From positions 115,367 to 135,366 of the forward strand of contig MU053799.1 in assembly GCA_013239625.1 (NCBI GenBank): a DNA stretch of 20,000 nucleotides. Reading direction: 5' to 3'. The position numbers were made by a program, and so were the translations under genes. This document shows, one piece after another, positions 1-10,665 of this stretch. The notes below the pieces were generated by a model. The model was not told the origin of the DNA and ran no database searches. It saw only the letters and a list, made by a program, of their open reading frames with translations. The stretch comes from Lama guanicoe. Taxonomy: Eukaryota. Position 1 is the stretch's first letter. Every line of letters begins with the position of its first letter.

Positions 1-1148
1 CAGGGCTGCAGACACTGGCCTTTCAGAGCCGAGGTTTATCCTGATAAAAAGGGAGAAGGTAGCTGTTCTGGGTTTCAAAGGCTGCAGTCAGGATTGGGAG
101 GAAAGGAAAGGTTTAGGATCACGATGTGTGACTGTGGCCCCAGTTGTGATCACGGGTCTGTGGGAGAGGGGGGCTGTGTGAGATGGCGGGGTTCTGGGGG
201 AATCCTTCTCCTCTGGGAGGAACCTGCTGGATGAGGCCTGGGACGAGGTCCTGTGCTTTCCTGCATGAAGAGTCCCCACGTCCTGGGGGCTACCTGAGGA
301 CCGGAAAGGACTGAGCCCCAGCCCCTGACCCCAGGGCCCTCCTCCCCTGAGATGTAGCACAAACTGTAGAGATAGGGCGGACCTGCCATGGGCTCCTCCT
401 GCAGAACTTCTCCTGGACACACGGTCCTCCTGTTGGACCCCAGGACCAGAGCCCCCAAAACTACTGTCTGATGGGTACAGACCTTCTGTTTAAGGAGATA
501 CAGATCATATTATCCAGGCTTCTCCAAGACACACAGCCAATAGGGTACAGAGATGGATTAGGAGGAATTGTTCGATAAGGTTCTGGAGGCTGAGAAGTCC
601 CAAGGGGCACCGTCAAAGGGGAACCCACGAGGACCTGTGTGTGATTCTGCCCCAAGGCCTGAGATCCAGGGAGGCAGACATGCCTCTCATCCAGGGCACG
701 TGGGTGACATCCCAGGGACCCCCAAGGAGGAGATGTTCTGCCTCCTCCACCATTTACTCTTGCCAGGACCCCAGGGATGGGATGGAGCCCACCCACATGG
801 AGGGGCCATGTGCTTCTCTGAGCCCCAGGGTCTAAAGGCTAATGCTCTTCTAAAACAGCCCCAATACCCCCTGAAATGAGTAACCAGTGGGACCTGCTTG
901 TCCAGCCAAGTGGACACACGAATTCAACCATCACGGTGGTTAGTGACACATTGCATGGATGGGTATTTTACTATAGTTTTTTTAAATTGCTGAGTCTGAA
1001 AATAAAGTACAGGAAATGATTTTGAAGTCCTTTCACCAACAAAACAGGAGAAAGAACGGGGCAGTGATCACCATTCACCCTCTCCCTGGACAAAATAGGT
1101 GGGGTCACTGGTGCCCCATACAGTGTCTTTCTCGCTCTCCATATTCTA
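1..1148 (+). repeat. Direct repeat copy A (V 3' flank), truncated by the window start
   Basis: Matches 2364-3511 at offset 2363, and the ORF translations are duplicated. The only mismatch I saw is T465 vs C2828. Confidence 0.95.
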
Positions 1149-1444
1149 AGGAGCTGTGATCAGGGGTAGGACCCTGCACCTGGCAGCATCAGAGTGTCAT
1201 CTACAGATGGGTTGAAAAAGAACAGATTCATCTCTGGCCTCTCAGTGGCCGTGCCGACCAGGAGTGACATCAATGCACAGTGTGGGTTGGACATGTCCCC
1301 AGACTCTGGGACCAGCAGGCAGAGGAGGAGCCCCTGGGCTTAGGTCGCAGTCTCAGGGCCCGCCACTCCCTCTCTGGGTCCCTGGGGACTGAGCCCTTCT
1401 CTGAAACCACAGAGCCCCTCAGGCCACCCCCTGGATGCTGGCTG

Positions 1445-1485
1445 CTTTGCATACCCAGCAGCTCTCTCTCCAGCAAGGGGATAAG
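1445..1485 (+). promoter_or_regulatory. V1 promoter: variant octamer CTTTGCAT (1445-1452) and TATA-like GATAAG (1480-1485)
   Basis: About 100 bp upstream of the leader ATG, in the same layout as the other V promoters here. 7/8 match to ATTTGCAT. Confidence 0.75.
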
Positions 1486-1548
1486 AGAGGCCTAGGGGGA
1501 CACCTGCCCAGCCTCGCCCTCGGGGAGCAGAATCGGGGCATCTCCACC

Positions 1549-2229
1549 ATGGCCTGGATGCCCCTTCTCCTCAGCCTCCTGGCTCACTGGACAGGTGCTG
1601 CCCCCAGGATCACATCCACACCCGCCCAGGGCTGGGGACAAGCCTGGCCCTGACTGGGCTCAGAAGGGCGCTGTCAGTGGGGGCAGGGGGCTGGTGTTCC
1701 TGCTGCAGGACGATAGGCTGGAGAGGATGTCATCCCACACTGTGCTCAGCGCTGTGTGAGTCCTGAGGGGCTCCATCCACCAGCCAAGCCCATGGGTCAC
1801 TGGGGGTGAGACTGATGGGAGGGACCTCTGGGGGCCCAGGGAATCCCTGGGGCTCAATGCAGGTCAGCTGCTTGGGTCATTTGGGAAAAGGTCCTTCATC
1901 TTCAGCCCAGGGATCCTTTCTCTCCTGCAGGCTCTGTGGCCTCCTACGAACTGACTCAGTCACCCTCAGTGTCGGTGGCACTGAGACAGACGGCCAAGAT
2001 CACCTGTGGCGGGGACAACATTGGAAGTAAAAATGCTCACTGGTACCAGCAGAAGCCGGGCCAGGCCCCTGTGCTGGTCATCTACAAAGATAGCAACCGG
2101 CCCTCAGGGATCCCTGAGCGGTTCTCAGGCTCCAACTCCGGGAACACGGCCACCCTGACCATCAGCGGGGCCCAGGCCGAGGACGAGGCTGACTACTACT
2201 GTCAGGTGTGGGACAGCAGTGCTAATGCT
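1549..2229 (+). CDS. IGLV3: Ig lambda V segment V1, IGLV3-like (resembles human IGLV3-21/3-9), apparently functional. Leader exon 1549-1594, intron 1595-1930, V exon 1931-2229
   Basis: Kozak ccaccATGG. The 46-nt leader [15 protein letters not shown](G) ends at a GT donor, and the acceptor is tttctctcctgcAG. Open frame [47 protein letters not shown]...[17 protein letters not shown] has both Cys and the Trp, and is followed directly by an RSS. Confidence 0.96.
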
Positions 2230-2268
2230 CACAGTGACACAGGCAGATGGGGAAGTGGGACACAAACC
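2230..2268 (+). other. 23-RSS of V1
   Basis: CACAGTG (2230-2236), 23-bp spacer, ACACAAACC (2260-2268). Confidence 0.95.
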
Positions 2269-2363
2269 TCCCAGCCTGGACTGGTGCTCACCCCAGTCTC
2301 CTTTGAGCAGTGGGAAGTCAGGCTGAGGCCCGGGTATCCTCTCGGGTTCTGGCCCCGCTCCTC

Positions 2364-3511
2364 CAGGGCTGCAGACACTGGCCTTTCAGAGCCGAGGTTT
2401 ATCCTGATAAAAAGGGAGAAGGTAGCTGTTCTGGGTTTCAAAGGCTGCAGTCAGGATTGGGAGGAAAGGAAAGGTTTAGGATCACGATGTGTGACTGTGG
2501 CCCCAGTTGTGATCACGGGTCTGTGGGAGAGGGGGGCTGTGTGAGATGGCGGGGTTCTGGGGGAATCCTTCTCCTCTGGGAGGAACCTGCTGGATGAGGC
2601 CTGGGACGAGGTCCTGTGCTTTCCTGCATGAAGAGTCCCCACGTCCTGGGGGCTACCTGAGGACCGGAAAGGACTGAGCCCCAGCCCCTGACCCCAGGGC
2701 CCTCCTCCCCTGAGATGTAGCACAAACTGTAGAGATAGGGCGGACCTGCCATGGGCTCCTCCTGCAGAACTTCTCCTGGACACACGGTCCTCCTGTTGGA
2801 CCCCAGGACCAGAGCCCCCAAAACTACCGTCTGATGGGTACAGACCTTCTGTTTAAGGAGATACAGATCATATTATCCAGGCTTCTCCAAGACACACAGC
2901 CAATAGGGTACAGAGATGGATTAGGAGGAATTGTTCGATAAGGTTCTGGAGGCTGAGAAGTCCCAAGGGGCACCGTCAAAGGGGAACCCACGAGGACCTG
3001 TGTGTGATTCTGCCCCAAGGCCTGAGATCCAGGGAGGCAGACATGCCTCTCATCCAGGGCACGTGGGTGACATCCCAGGGACCCCCAAGGAGGAGATGTT
3101 CTGCCTCCTCCACCATTTACTCTTGCCAGGACCCCAGGGATGGGATGGAGCCCACCCACATGGAGGGGCCATGTGCTTCTCTGAGCCCCAGGGTCTAAAG
3201 GCTAATGCTCTTCTAAAACAGCCCCAATACCCCCTGAAATGAGTAACCAGTGGGACCTGCTTGTCCAGCCAAGTGGACACACGAATTCAACCATCACGGT
3301 GGTTAGTGACACATTGCATGGATGGGTATTTTACTATAGTTTTTTTAAATTGCTGAGTCTGAAAATAAAGTACAGGAAATGATTTTGAAGTCCTTTCACC
3401 AACAAAACAGGAGAAAGAACGGGGCAGTGATCACCATTCACCCTCTCCCTGGACAAAATAGGTGGGGTCACTGGTGCCCCATACAGTGTCTTTCTCGCTC
3501 TCCATATTCTA
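2364..3511 (+). repeat. Direct repeat copy B (3' flank of V1)
   Basis: Near-identical to 1-1148. Identity ends after ...ctctccatattcta. Confidence 0.95.
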
Positions 3512-4606
3512 CATATTTCAGAACCAACACTCATGTGTCCAGTTCAGCACTGCCACATCTCCCCAGAAACCCAGAACGTCTGTGACAGCTAATTACCTGT
3601 GTGAGCGAATGAGCCCCTCAGGCTCCCCCCTCACACGTGGTCAGCAGTTCTCTCCGGTCCAGCTTCATCAGCTCTGAATCCTTGTAACTCCAGGCAGTAG
3701 AGCTTCTGCAAATGGTCCACAGAGAGGAGTGTGCTCGCTGTGCGCAGCCAGACAACTTCTATGGATTGTAAGAAGTGCGCGTGGGGGCCCTTCACACTTG
3801 CTTCAGAAAAACCCTAAATAGTAATTACAGTCGTGTTAAGAAATCAGAACTCTAATAAAGATGACAGAAAGGTTAATTTTTAAAAAGCCAGTCTCAGTGT
3901 GCATTTGGTAAACATGTAGGCCCTATAAACCCCTGAAGACTCATCTGTCTCCAGTAGATTGGCCATGAGCCGTCACTCCCACCCACTTAGGACAGTGAGG
4001 ACCAAGCAGTCCTGCCCAGCAGAGCCAGCAGGATCCAGGCCAGGCCCCTGCATGGCCAAACCAGCCTCCCACCCCAACAGATGCTCAGCTCTACCCTGGG
4101 ACACAGCCCCGCTGACCTCCCCAAGCCAGGATGTGGTGGGGACAACACTGAGCCCCAGGAGCCCAGGCCTGCCACCCAGCCTGGCCCTCACGGCTCCTGT
4201 GTCCTGGTCAAGTACCGCCCCAGAGGACCAGGGTCTGATCCCTGGCCTCCATCCTGGGCTCATCTCACTTTTCTCTATTAATCTGGGGACTTCCTCTCTT
4301 TGGGTCTTGGCATTACCAGCTATTAAGCCTTTGTTCCAACTTAAATTATAAAAGGCACCCAGAATGCATTAAAACCAAAGAGAAAATTGGCAAGGATCCC
4401 AGTGAGTCATGAGGTCCTGGAGTTCCCTGTCCTCCTTCTGCAGGAATCCTAGAAAGGGCTTCAGCCATCGGTATGATTTCCAGATAGGATTCCCAGTAAG
4501 AAGGAGACACCCTGTATCCTCAAAAAGGCAGATGATGCTGAGCTAGACATTCACCCCCCAAGAGTTGTGAGAGGGGGGAGATGACATGGAAACCACAGGA
4601 GGAGAG

Positions 4607-4680
4607 ATGAGGATGGTGACGAGGATGGTGATGGTGATTGTAATGATGAAGAGGACAGTGATGAGGACGGTGATAATGAT
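4607..4680. repeat. Degenerate (GAT/GGT/GAG)n low-complexity tract
   Basis: gatgaggatggtgacgaggatggtgatggtgattgtaatgatgaagaggacagtgatgaggacggtgataatgat. Confidence 0.7.
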
Positions 4681-5080
4681 GTCACGAGGCACAAATGAAC
4701 TCAAGTACCAGAAACAGTATCATACAACTGCCCTCCTGGGGTGGGGATAGTATCCATCTTGGTTCCTAAACACAAGGAGACCTGGGTCTGCAGGGTACCA
4801 TACACATTGCTATGGACACTGGCACTTTGCAGACAAGCTGAAGTTCATCTCGCACCCTCCACTCTAATAACAAAACCAAAGTGTCGGGAAGGGCATTTCC
4901 ACCCCAAGATAACGTTATGGGGACCGCACCTGCACCCCGTAGGTGACATCTCTGCTGGGCGGGGCAGGGCCGGGGTCACAGCTGGCCCAGAGGCAGGGCT
5001 GGAATCCCTGCTCCACACCATCTTAGGTGAGAGGCCTTCGGGGTGACCTGCAGGAAGGGAGCTCCTGGTCTGGCTCTCCT

Positions 5081-5099
5081 CCTCCAGCAGGGGGCAGAA
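5081..5099 (+). promoter_or_regulatory. Candidate CTCF-binding element upstream of V2
   Basis: cctCCAGCAGGGGGCAGaa matches the CTCF core CCASYAGRKGGCRS. Motif only, no binding data. Confidence 0.5.
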
Positions 5100-5551
5100 G
5101 AGGCAACAGGAGAATCAGAACTGAGGCTGGGGCTGCCCAGGTGGAGCCTCAGAGTGAATCATCCCTGGGGGTCCACCGGGGTCTGAGGGTCAGGCCTGGC
5201 AGGAAGTCGGGACTGACCACCCCATCCCCTGACAGCACAGGGACCATGTTGGAGGTTCACATGCACAGCGCCACCCAGGACACTGAGGGGACAGGGCACA
5301 GTGCATCCCTCTTGTCTCTCTAGGATCCTGCCAGGCTAACAACTCCACTGAGCCAACCCAGCAGAATCCACAGGCAGGGATGGTTGGGACAATGGTCACG
5401 TGGTCAGAGACAGGAAGGGGCCTGAGATCAAGGCCTCTGGAGGCCAGGTCTGATTTGGGGACATAAGAAGCCAGGGAGGAGGCTGAGTGAGTTGCCCTTG
5501 CTGAAGGACTGGTGACTCCCCTCTCAGTGAGGAGCCCCAGGGATGGCGTAA

Positions 5552-5600
5552 ATTTGCATAAACCCAAGCCCTCCTGCCCTGAAGTGCTGAGGGAATAAGA
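5552..5600 (+). promoter_or_regulatory. V2 promoter: perfect octamer ATTTGCAT (5552-5559) and TATA-like AATAAGA
   Basis: Canonical light-chain octamer about 105 bp upstream of ATG 5663. Confidence 0.85.
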
Positions 5601-5662
5601 GGGACCTTGAGGAGCCCTGCTCTGCTGCGTGGTCTCAGAGCAGAGCTCAGGGCACCTCTACC

Positions 5663-6430
5663 ATGGCCTGGACCCCTCTCCTGCTGCCCCTCCTCTCTCT
5701 CTGTACAGGTGCTGCCCCCAGGACTCAGACCCCTGGGTACCCAGACATCAGCCAGGCCCTGAATGTCAGCTCAGCACAGGGGATGCTGTGGAGTGCGTGG
5801 TCCTAGGGAATGACACCCTGGTCCCCACCCTCACTCTCCTCTCCTCTCCTGCAGGTTACATGGCCTCTTCTGCACTGACTCAGCCCCCCGCAGTGTCCGT
5901 GTCCTTGGGACAGACGGCCAGGATCACCTGCCAAACCAAGGAGCCAGGAAGCAGTTATGCTCACTGGTACCAGCAGAAGACTGGGATTTCAAAATTGTAG
6001 AACAGATAAACAAGATTACACTGTATCGCACAGGGAAATACACACAAAAAGTTATGATAACTCACAGAGGAAAACATGTGACAATGAGTGTGTATATGTC
6101 CATGAATGACTGAAAAATTGTGCTGAACACTGGAATTTGACACAACTTTGTAAAATGATTATAAATCAATAAAAAATGTTAAAAAAATAATGTTAAAAAA
6201 AGACTTCTCTAAAAATAAAATAAATTTTTTTTAAATATTGAAAAAAAAAAAAGAAGCCAGGCCAAGCCCCTGTGCTGGTCATGTATGATGATGACAGCGG
6301 GCACTCAGGGATCCCTGAGTGGTTCTCTGGGTCTCACTCAGGCAACACGGTCACCCTGACCATCAGTGGGGCCCAGGTTGAAGATGAAGCTGACTATTAC
6401 TGTCAGTCATATGACAGCAATGCTAATGCA
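5663..6430 (+). pseudogene. IGLV3: Ig lambda V segment V2, IGLV3-like (IGLV3-19-like), disrupted by an L1 insertion. Leader 5663-5708, intron 5709-5854, V exon 5855-5979 plus 6257-6430
   Basis: Leader [15 protein letters not shown](G) with intact GT/AG. Reads [38 protein letters not shown], then the insert (in-frame TAG at 5998-6000), then [25 protein letters not shown]...[17 protein letters not shown]. Confidence 0.95.
5980..6251 (+). mobile_element. 5'-truncated LINE-1 3'UTR fragment with A tail, inserted in sense into V2 FR2
   Basis: AT-rich 272-bp insert resembling cetartiodactyl L1 3' ends (gataaacaag...ctgtatcgcacagggaaata...gacacaactttgtaaaatgattataaatcaataaa). Has AATAAA, an A tail, and a flanking AGAAG duplication (5975-5979 and 6252-6256). 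Confidence 0.88.
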
Positions 6431-6469
6431 CACAGTGACCCAGGCAGATGGGGAAGTCGGACACAAACC
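6431..6469 (+). other. 23-RSS of V2
   Basis: CACAGTG, 23-bp spacer, ACACAAACC (6461-6469). Confidence 0.93.
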
Positions 6470-7594
6470 CCTCCATCTCTGTCACCCTCTCCTCCAGCCC
6501 CAGGAGGTCTGTGGGCAAAGCAGTGACAGATCTGGCTGGGTTTCTATAGATCTGAGCTCCCAGGACATACTCCCCCCCAGCCCTCCCTCCAGGCAGCTCT
6601 ACACATGGTGAATCAGATCTGATCTTAGGGTGGCTGGACCAGGATGTCTTGGTGTCTGGGCTGTGGAACGAGTAGGGCAAAGTGGGCCTGAATGAGAGGA
6701 CAGATGGAGGGAGACACGGACCCACTGGTAATGGACCGTCGATTTCTGTGTGTCAGTGACTGGCCCCTCACCCGCCCACTTCTCCTGGACTGATCCCCAG
6801 AACCACCCAGCTCATCTGAGCTCCTGGAGCTTTAGGTTCCCATGGCAACCTAGGCCCCTGAGCAGATCAAACTAGTGCAGCAGACAGTGTGGAGTCTCTC
6901 CTTCGGGTTGACACACCACCCACTGGTGTTGGAGACTCTGCCAGCTCACAGCTATGCCCTCCCCAGATTGGGCCGTTGCTGTAGAGATGTGCTCCCCCAA
7001 GGTCCTGCCCCTTCCCTGCGTGTGACTCAGGTGCAGTGATGCCTGACACCAAGGTTCCAAGTCCTTGCCTCAGTACAGGATGACATGCAGTGTCCCCCAC
7101 CCAAGTCCTCAGCCATCACCACAATGCAGGTGTGACCAGTGGCCTCCCTTGTTTCCTTCCAGAAAGATCTCATTCAACTTCGTGCATGCATTTTCCAGAG
7201 TGAATTTCCAAGGATTCTGAAGAGAAATGGATCATCTAGAGCAAAGAGGGTCAAAGAGGAGATACGCACAGAGAGAACTGTGCAGCTCCAAATATTCCTA
7301 ACTTTCTGATGAACTCTCAGGAGGGAGGAATCATCCTGAGGTTGAAGAAGGAGCCACCAAAGATGTTGGAGGAAGTTCAGCAGAATCACACACACATCAG
7401 AAGAGGGCTCCTCCCCAGTCAGAGGGGGAAGCTCCAAATTAAGGCCTCAGGGTGACCAGTCAGAAGAACTCACACTAGTAGTGGAGGTAATCAGCCCCAT
7501 ATGAAAGGCCACCCTGGTTCCCTTTAAGAAAATGTAAAAGCAAATACAGAAAGTATTTAAGTGTCTCCAAGTCACTTTACAGGAATAACACAGA

Positions 7595-8187
7595 AAAGGA
7601 AGGAAGGAAGGAAGGAAGGAAGGAAGGAAGGAAGAAAGAAAGAAAGGAAGGAAGGAAGGAAGGAAGGAAGGAAGAAAGAAAGAAAGAAAGAAAGAGAGAA
7701 ANNNNNNNNNNNNNNNNNNNNNNNNNNNNNNNNNNNNNNNNNNNNNNNNNNNNNNNNNNNNNNNNNNNNNNNNNNNNNNNNNNNNNNNNNNNNNNNNNNN
7801 NNNNNNNNNNNNNNNNNNNNNNNNNNNNNNNNNNNNNNNNNNNNNNNNNNNNNNNNNNNNNNNNNNNNNNNNNNNNNNNNNNNNNNNNNNNNNNNNNNNN
7901 NNNNNNNNNNNNNNNNNNNNNNNNNNNNNNNNNNNNNNNNNNNNNNNNNNNNNNNNNNNNNNNNNNNNNNNNNNNNNNNNNNNNNNNNNNNNNNNNNNNN
8001 NNNNNNNNNNNNNNNNNNNNNNNNNNNNNNNNNNNNNNNNNNNNNNNNNNNNNNNNNNNNNNNNNNNNNNNNNNNNNNNNNNNNNNNNNNNNNNNNNNNN
8101 NNNNNNNNNNNNNNNNNNNNNNNNNNNNNNNNNNNNNNNNNNNNNNNNNNNNNNNNNAAGGAAGGAAGGAAGGAAGGAAGGAAGGAA

Positions 8188-8232
<45 letters not shown>

Positions 8233-8286
8233 GTAGGAAGGAAGGAAGGAAGGAAGGGAGAAAAAAGAAAGAAAGAAAGAAAGAAA

Positions 8287-8327
<41 letters not shown>

Positions 8328-8380
8328 GTAAGAAGGAAGGAAGGAAGGAAGGAAGAGAGAGAGAAAGAAAGGAAGGAAGA
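7595..8380. repeat. Compound (AAGG)n/(AAAG)n polypurine microsatellite spanning an assembly gap (N 7702-8157)
   Basis: Directly visible on both sides of the gap. Confidence 0.95.
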
Positions 8381-8409
8381 AAAACCAAACATACAGGAAG
8401 AAATAAAAA

Positions 8410-8805
8410 AATAACCTGTACCCAGCAAGGAAAATTCACAAGACCTGAATACTACCAAAAATATCCTATAAAGAATCAGGAGAACAAGAGCCATAATAAG
8501 TAGAAAAATTAATTAATTGAAGCTTGCCCTGGAATTGCCCAGACAGACAAGCAGACAAAAGCAACGTTTATAACTTTATTCCAATTTTTTCTTGAGGTCA
8601 AGGAAAGATTGAACCTGGTAAGTGGAGACATGAAACATTGAAAAATAATGCAATGCAAATTGCTACAAATGAAACCCACAGCAACTAAGATCAAAATACA
8701 CTGGGTCAGACTGACAGCACTTAGACGTTGGAAAAGAAAAGATGAGTGAACTTGATGACATAGCAATCGAACCTAAACTCTTCAAATCCAAACACACAGA
8801 AAGTA
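8410..8805 (+). mobile_element. Ancient LINE-1 (L1M-type) ORF1 relic
   Basis: A-rich decayed coding sequence. Fragments such as KERLNLVSGDM and KEKMSELDDIAIE resemble the old L1 ORF1 coiled coil (EEKISELEDIAIE). Boundaries are approximate. Confidence 0.7.
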
Positions 8806-9344
8806 TGACCCCAAAAATGACCAGGGACATCACCGTGTCTCTAACAAACCACTCATGCAGCCTGGGAGAATGTCTATTGTTAACCTGCTTCCCACAGCCT
8901 TCACAGGTCTGGAATCTGATTGAAGCTCGGTTGCTGAGGGCAGGACAGGCAAATTCCAAGACTCAGGTGGACTGAGAAAGACCTAGGAGGCAAGCAGGAG
9001 GAACTGAGAGTTTCCGCGGGGACAGAGACCCGAGCTCCTGGGGCGACTGGGCACTCGGAATTGGGGTGGGGACCCAGCTCACTCCAGCATGAACCCAGCT
9101 TAACTAATTACATCTGAACTGGCTCCAGTTTTGAATAAGGTCCCACTCTCAGGCACTGCCGGTTAGGACTTCAGCTGGTGAGTGTGAGGGGTCCCACATA
9201 CCTGTGTGCACTTTGGGGTGGCCAGAAATTTTTGTCAGTGTCAAATGTCACAACCCCAAAACTTTGTTCCTTCGTCACATTCCTACTCCTGTTCCAACGC
9301 CTGTGCTGTGTAGTAAGTATCTGGATAAGGAATAAGGATGTTAA

Positions 9345-9600
9345 CAGTTATAAGAGGAGTGAACAGTCGTGAGAGCTTAATACTTGTCAAGCACCATCAA
9401 AGTTCTTCCTATCTATTACCTTGTTGAATCACAAATAATCTGTGGGAAAGCACTCCCCTGACAACCCAGGTCACGGATGGGGAAACTGAGGCATGAAGGG
9501 CTGAGCAGCTTGGTCCAAGTCAGAACGAGAATGTGGCAACCCGGCAGCACACCAAGTTCTCTCCAGCCCAGAACCCCTGGTCTTCAGCACCTTCCTGTGG
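9345..9600 (-). mobile_element. MIR SINE remnant
   Basis: Core cacggatggggaaactgaggcatgaagggctgagcagcttggtccaagtca resembles the reverse complement of the MIR core. Confidence 0.7.
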
Positions 9601-9701
9601 CCTCCCACTGTGCTTTCAGCTAAGACATGACATTTGCTAATGTGCAGGAAAGCCCTCTGTCTTATTTCAAACACAAGTGATGATATTGTGACTTTGCGGT
9701 G

Positions 9702-10012
9702 CTGCCCTGTTCAATAGAAACAAAATTTGAAGCCCATCTGTCATTTAAAGCTTTTTTCAATAGACTCTTTAAAAAAAATTAAGAGATGTAGATGCAATTA
9801 GTTTGCATGATAGCTTTGCCTTAACTCTATTTGTCAAAAATATCATTTCAATATGAATTAAATGTACAAATATTGAAACATTCTACACTACACTGTCCTA
9901 AATCTTTGGCACCTGCTGGGTATTCCAGATCTACAGCCTATCTCTTCTGGGTCCACCCGCACTGCATGATCAGCAGCCACCTTGATTGTGGCCACCATAT
10001 TGGACAGAGCAG
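9702..10012 (-). mobile_element. Non-autonomous hAT-Charlie DNA transposon, MER33-like
   Basis: 15-bp terminal inverted repeats ctgccctgttcaata and tattggacagagcag (13/15 match). Length is about 310 bp with an AT-rich interior following the remembered MER33 consensus. Confidence 0.75.
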
Positions 10013-10646
10013 GTGAGCTGGATGAGGTTTCCTTGGGGTAACTGGGCCTGCAACATATAGTCCCCACCACCAGGAGGCGACAGAGAGTCCCAAACACAAA
10101 GGCCTCATTGGGGAGAGACTGCTGCTCCACTTTCCATCCAAGTCAGTGTCACTGAGGCCACCCAGAAATGAAGGGATTTATGTGTCCACAAGGCTTCCTT
10201 CTGTAAGATAAGGTAATAAATGCAATCTGACAGATCAAGCTGAGCCATCAAGCACAGCTTTATTATAATGCANNNNNNNNNNNNNNNNNNNNNNNNTACA
10301 TTTTTAATATTGCTACAAGCTTCCCTCTCAGGGGGAAGATGGCTTCCAAAAACCCCACGACAAGTTACAGTGTGTGCAGAGATCTAGAAGCCAAAGTGGA
10401 CCATAAGGAATATTTTATTGATGTAGGATACAGAAGAGAGGGTTGGGACAGGAGGGGCTCAGGGGCCTGAAATGGGGGAGGCAGGAAGTTTGGGGTGGCA
10501 GGGCAAGGAGGGTAATGAAAGGTCCGGCTCTGAAGTCAGTCCCCTGGGTGGAATCTTGATCCACTCATCGCTGTCGGGGGACCCTGGGAACATGGTTGAA
10601 CCTCCCAATGCAGGTTCCTCCTCATTAGACTGGGGAGAGGTTGTGC

Positions 10647-10665
10647 CTGCAGCAGAGGGCGCTGT
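10647..10665 (+). promoter_or_regulatory. Candidate CTCF-binding element upstream of V3
   Basis: ctGCAGCAGAGGGCGCTGt is a strong match to the CTCF core. Motif only. Confidence 0.5.

Noticed and set aside
1276..1282. Isolated CACAGTG heptamers (also near 5298 and 19927)
   Set aside because: No nonamer at 12- or 23-bp spacing and no adjacent V exon.
1936..2544. 202-aa ORF with a C-terminal tail (VpreB-like?)
   Set aside because: The tail is translated RSS and 3' flank. A canonical 23-RSS marks it as an ordinary V segment.
7447..8494. Long F/L/S- or K/E/R-rich ORFs
   Set aside because: Artefacts of the microsatellite and N gap.
8653..8660. Perfect octamer ATGCAAAT
   Set aside because: It lies inside the L1 ORF1 relic with no leader or V exon nearby.
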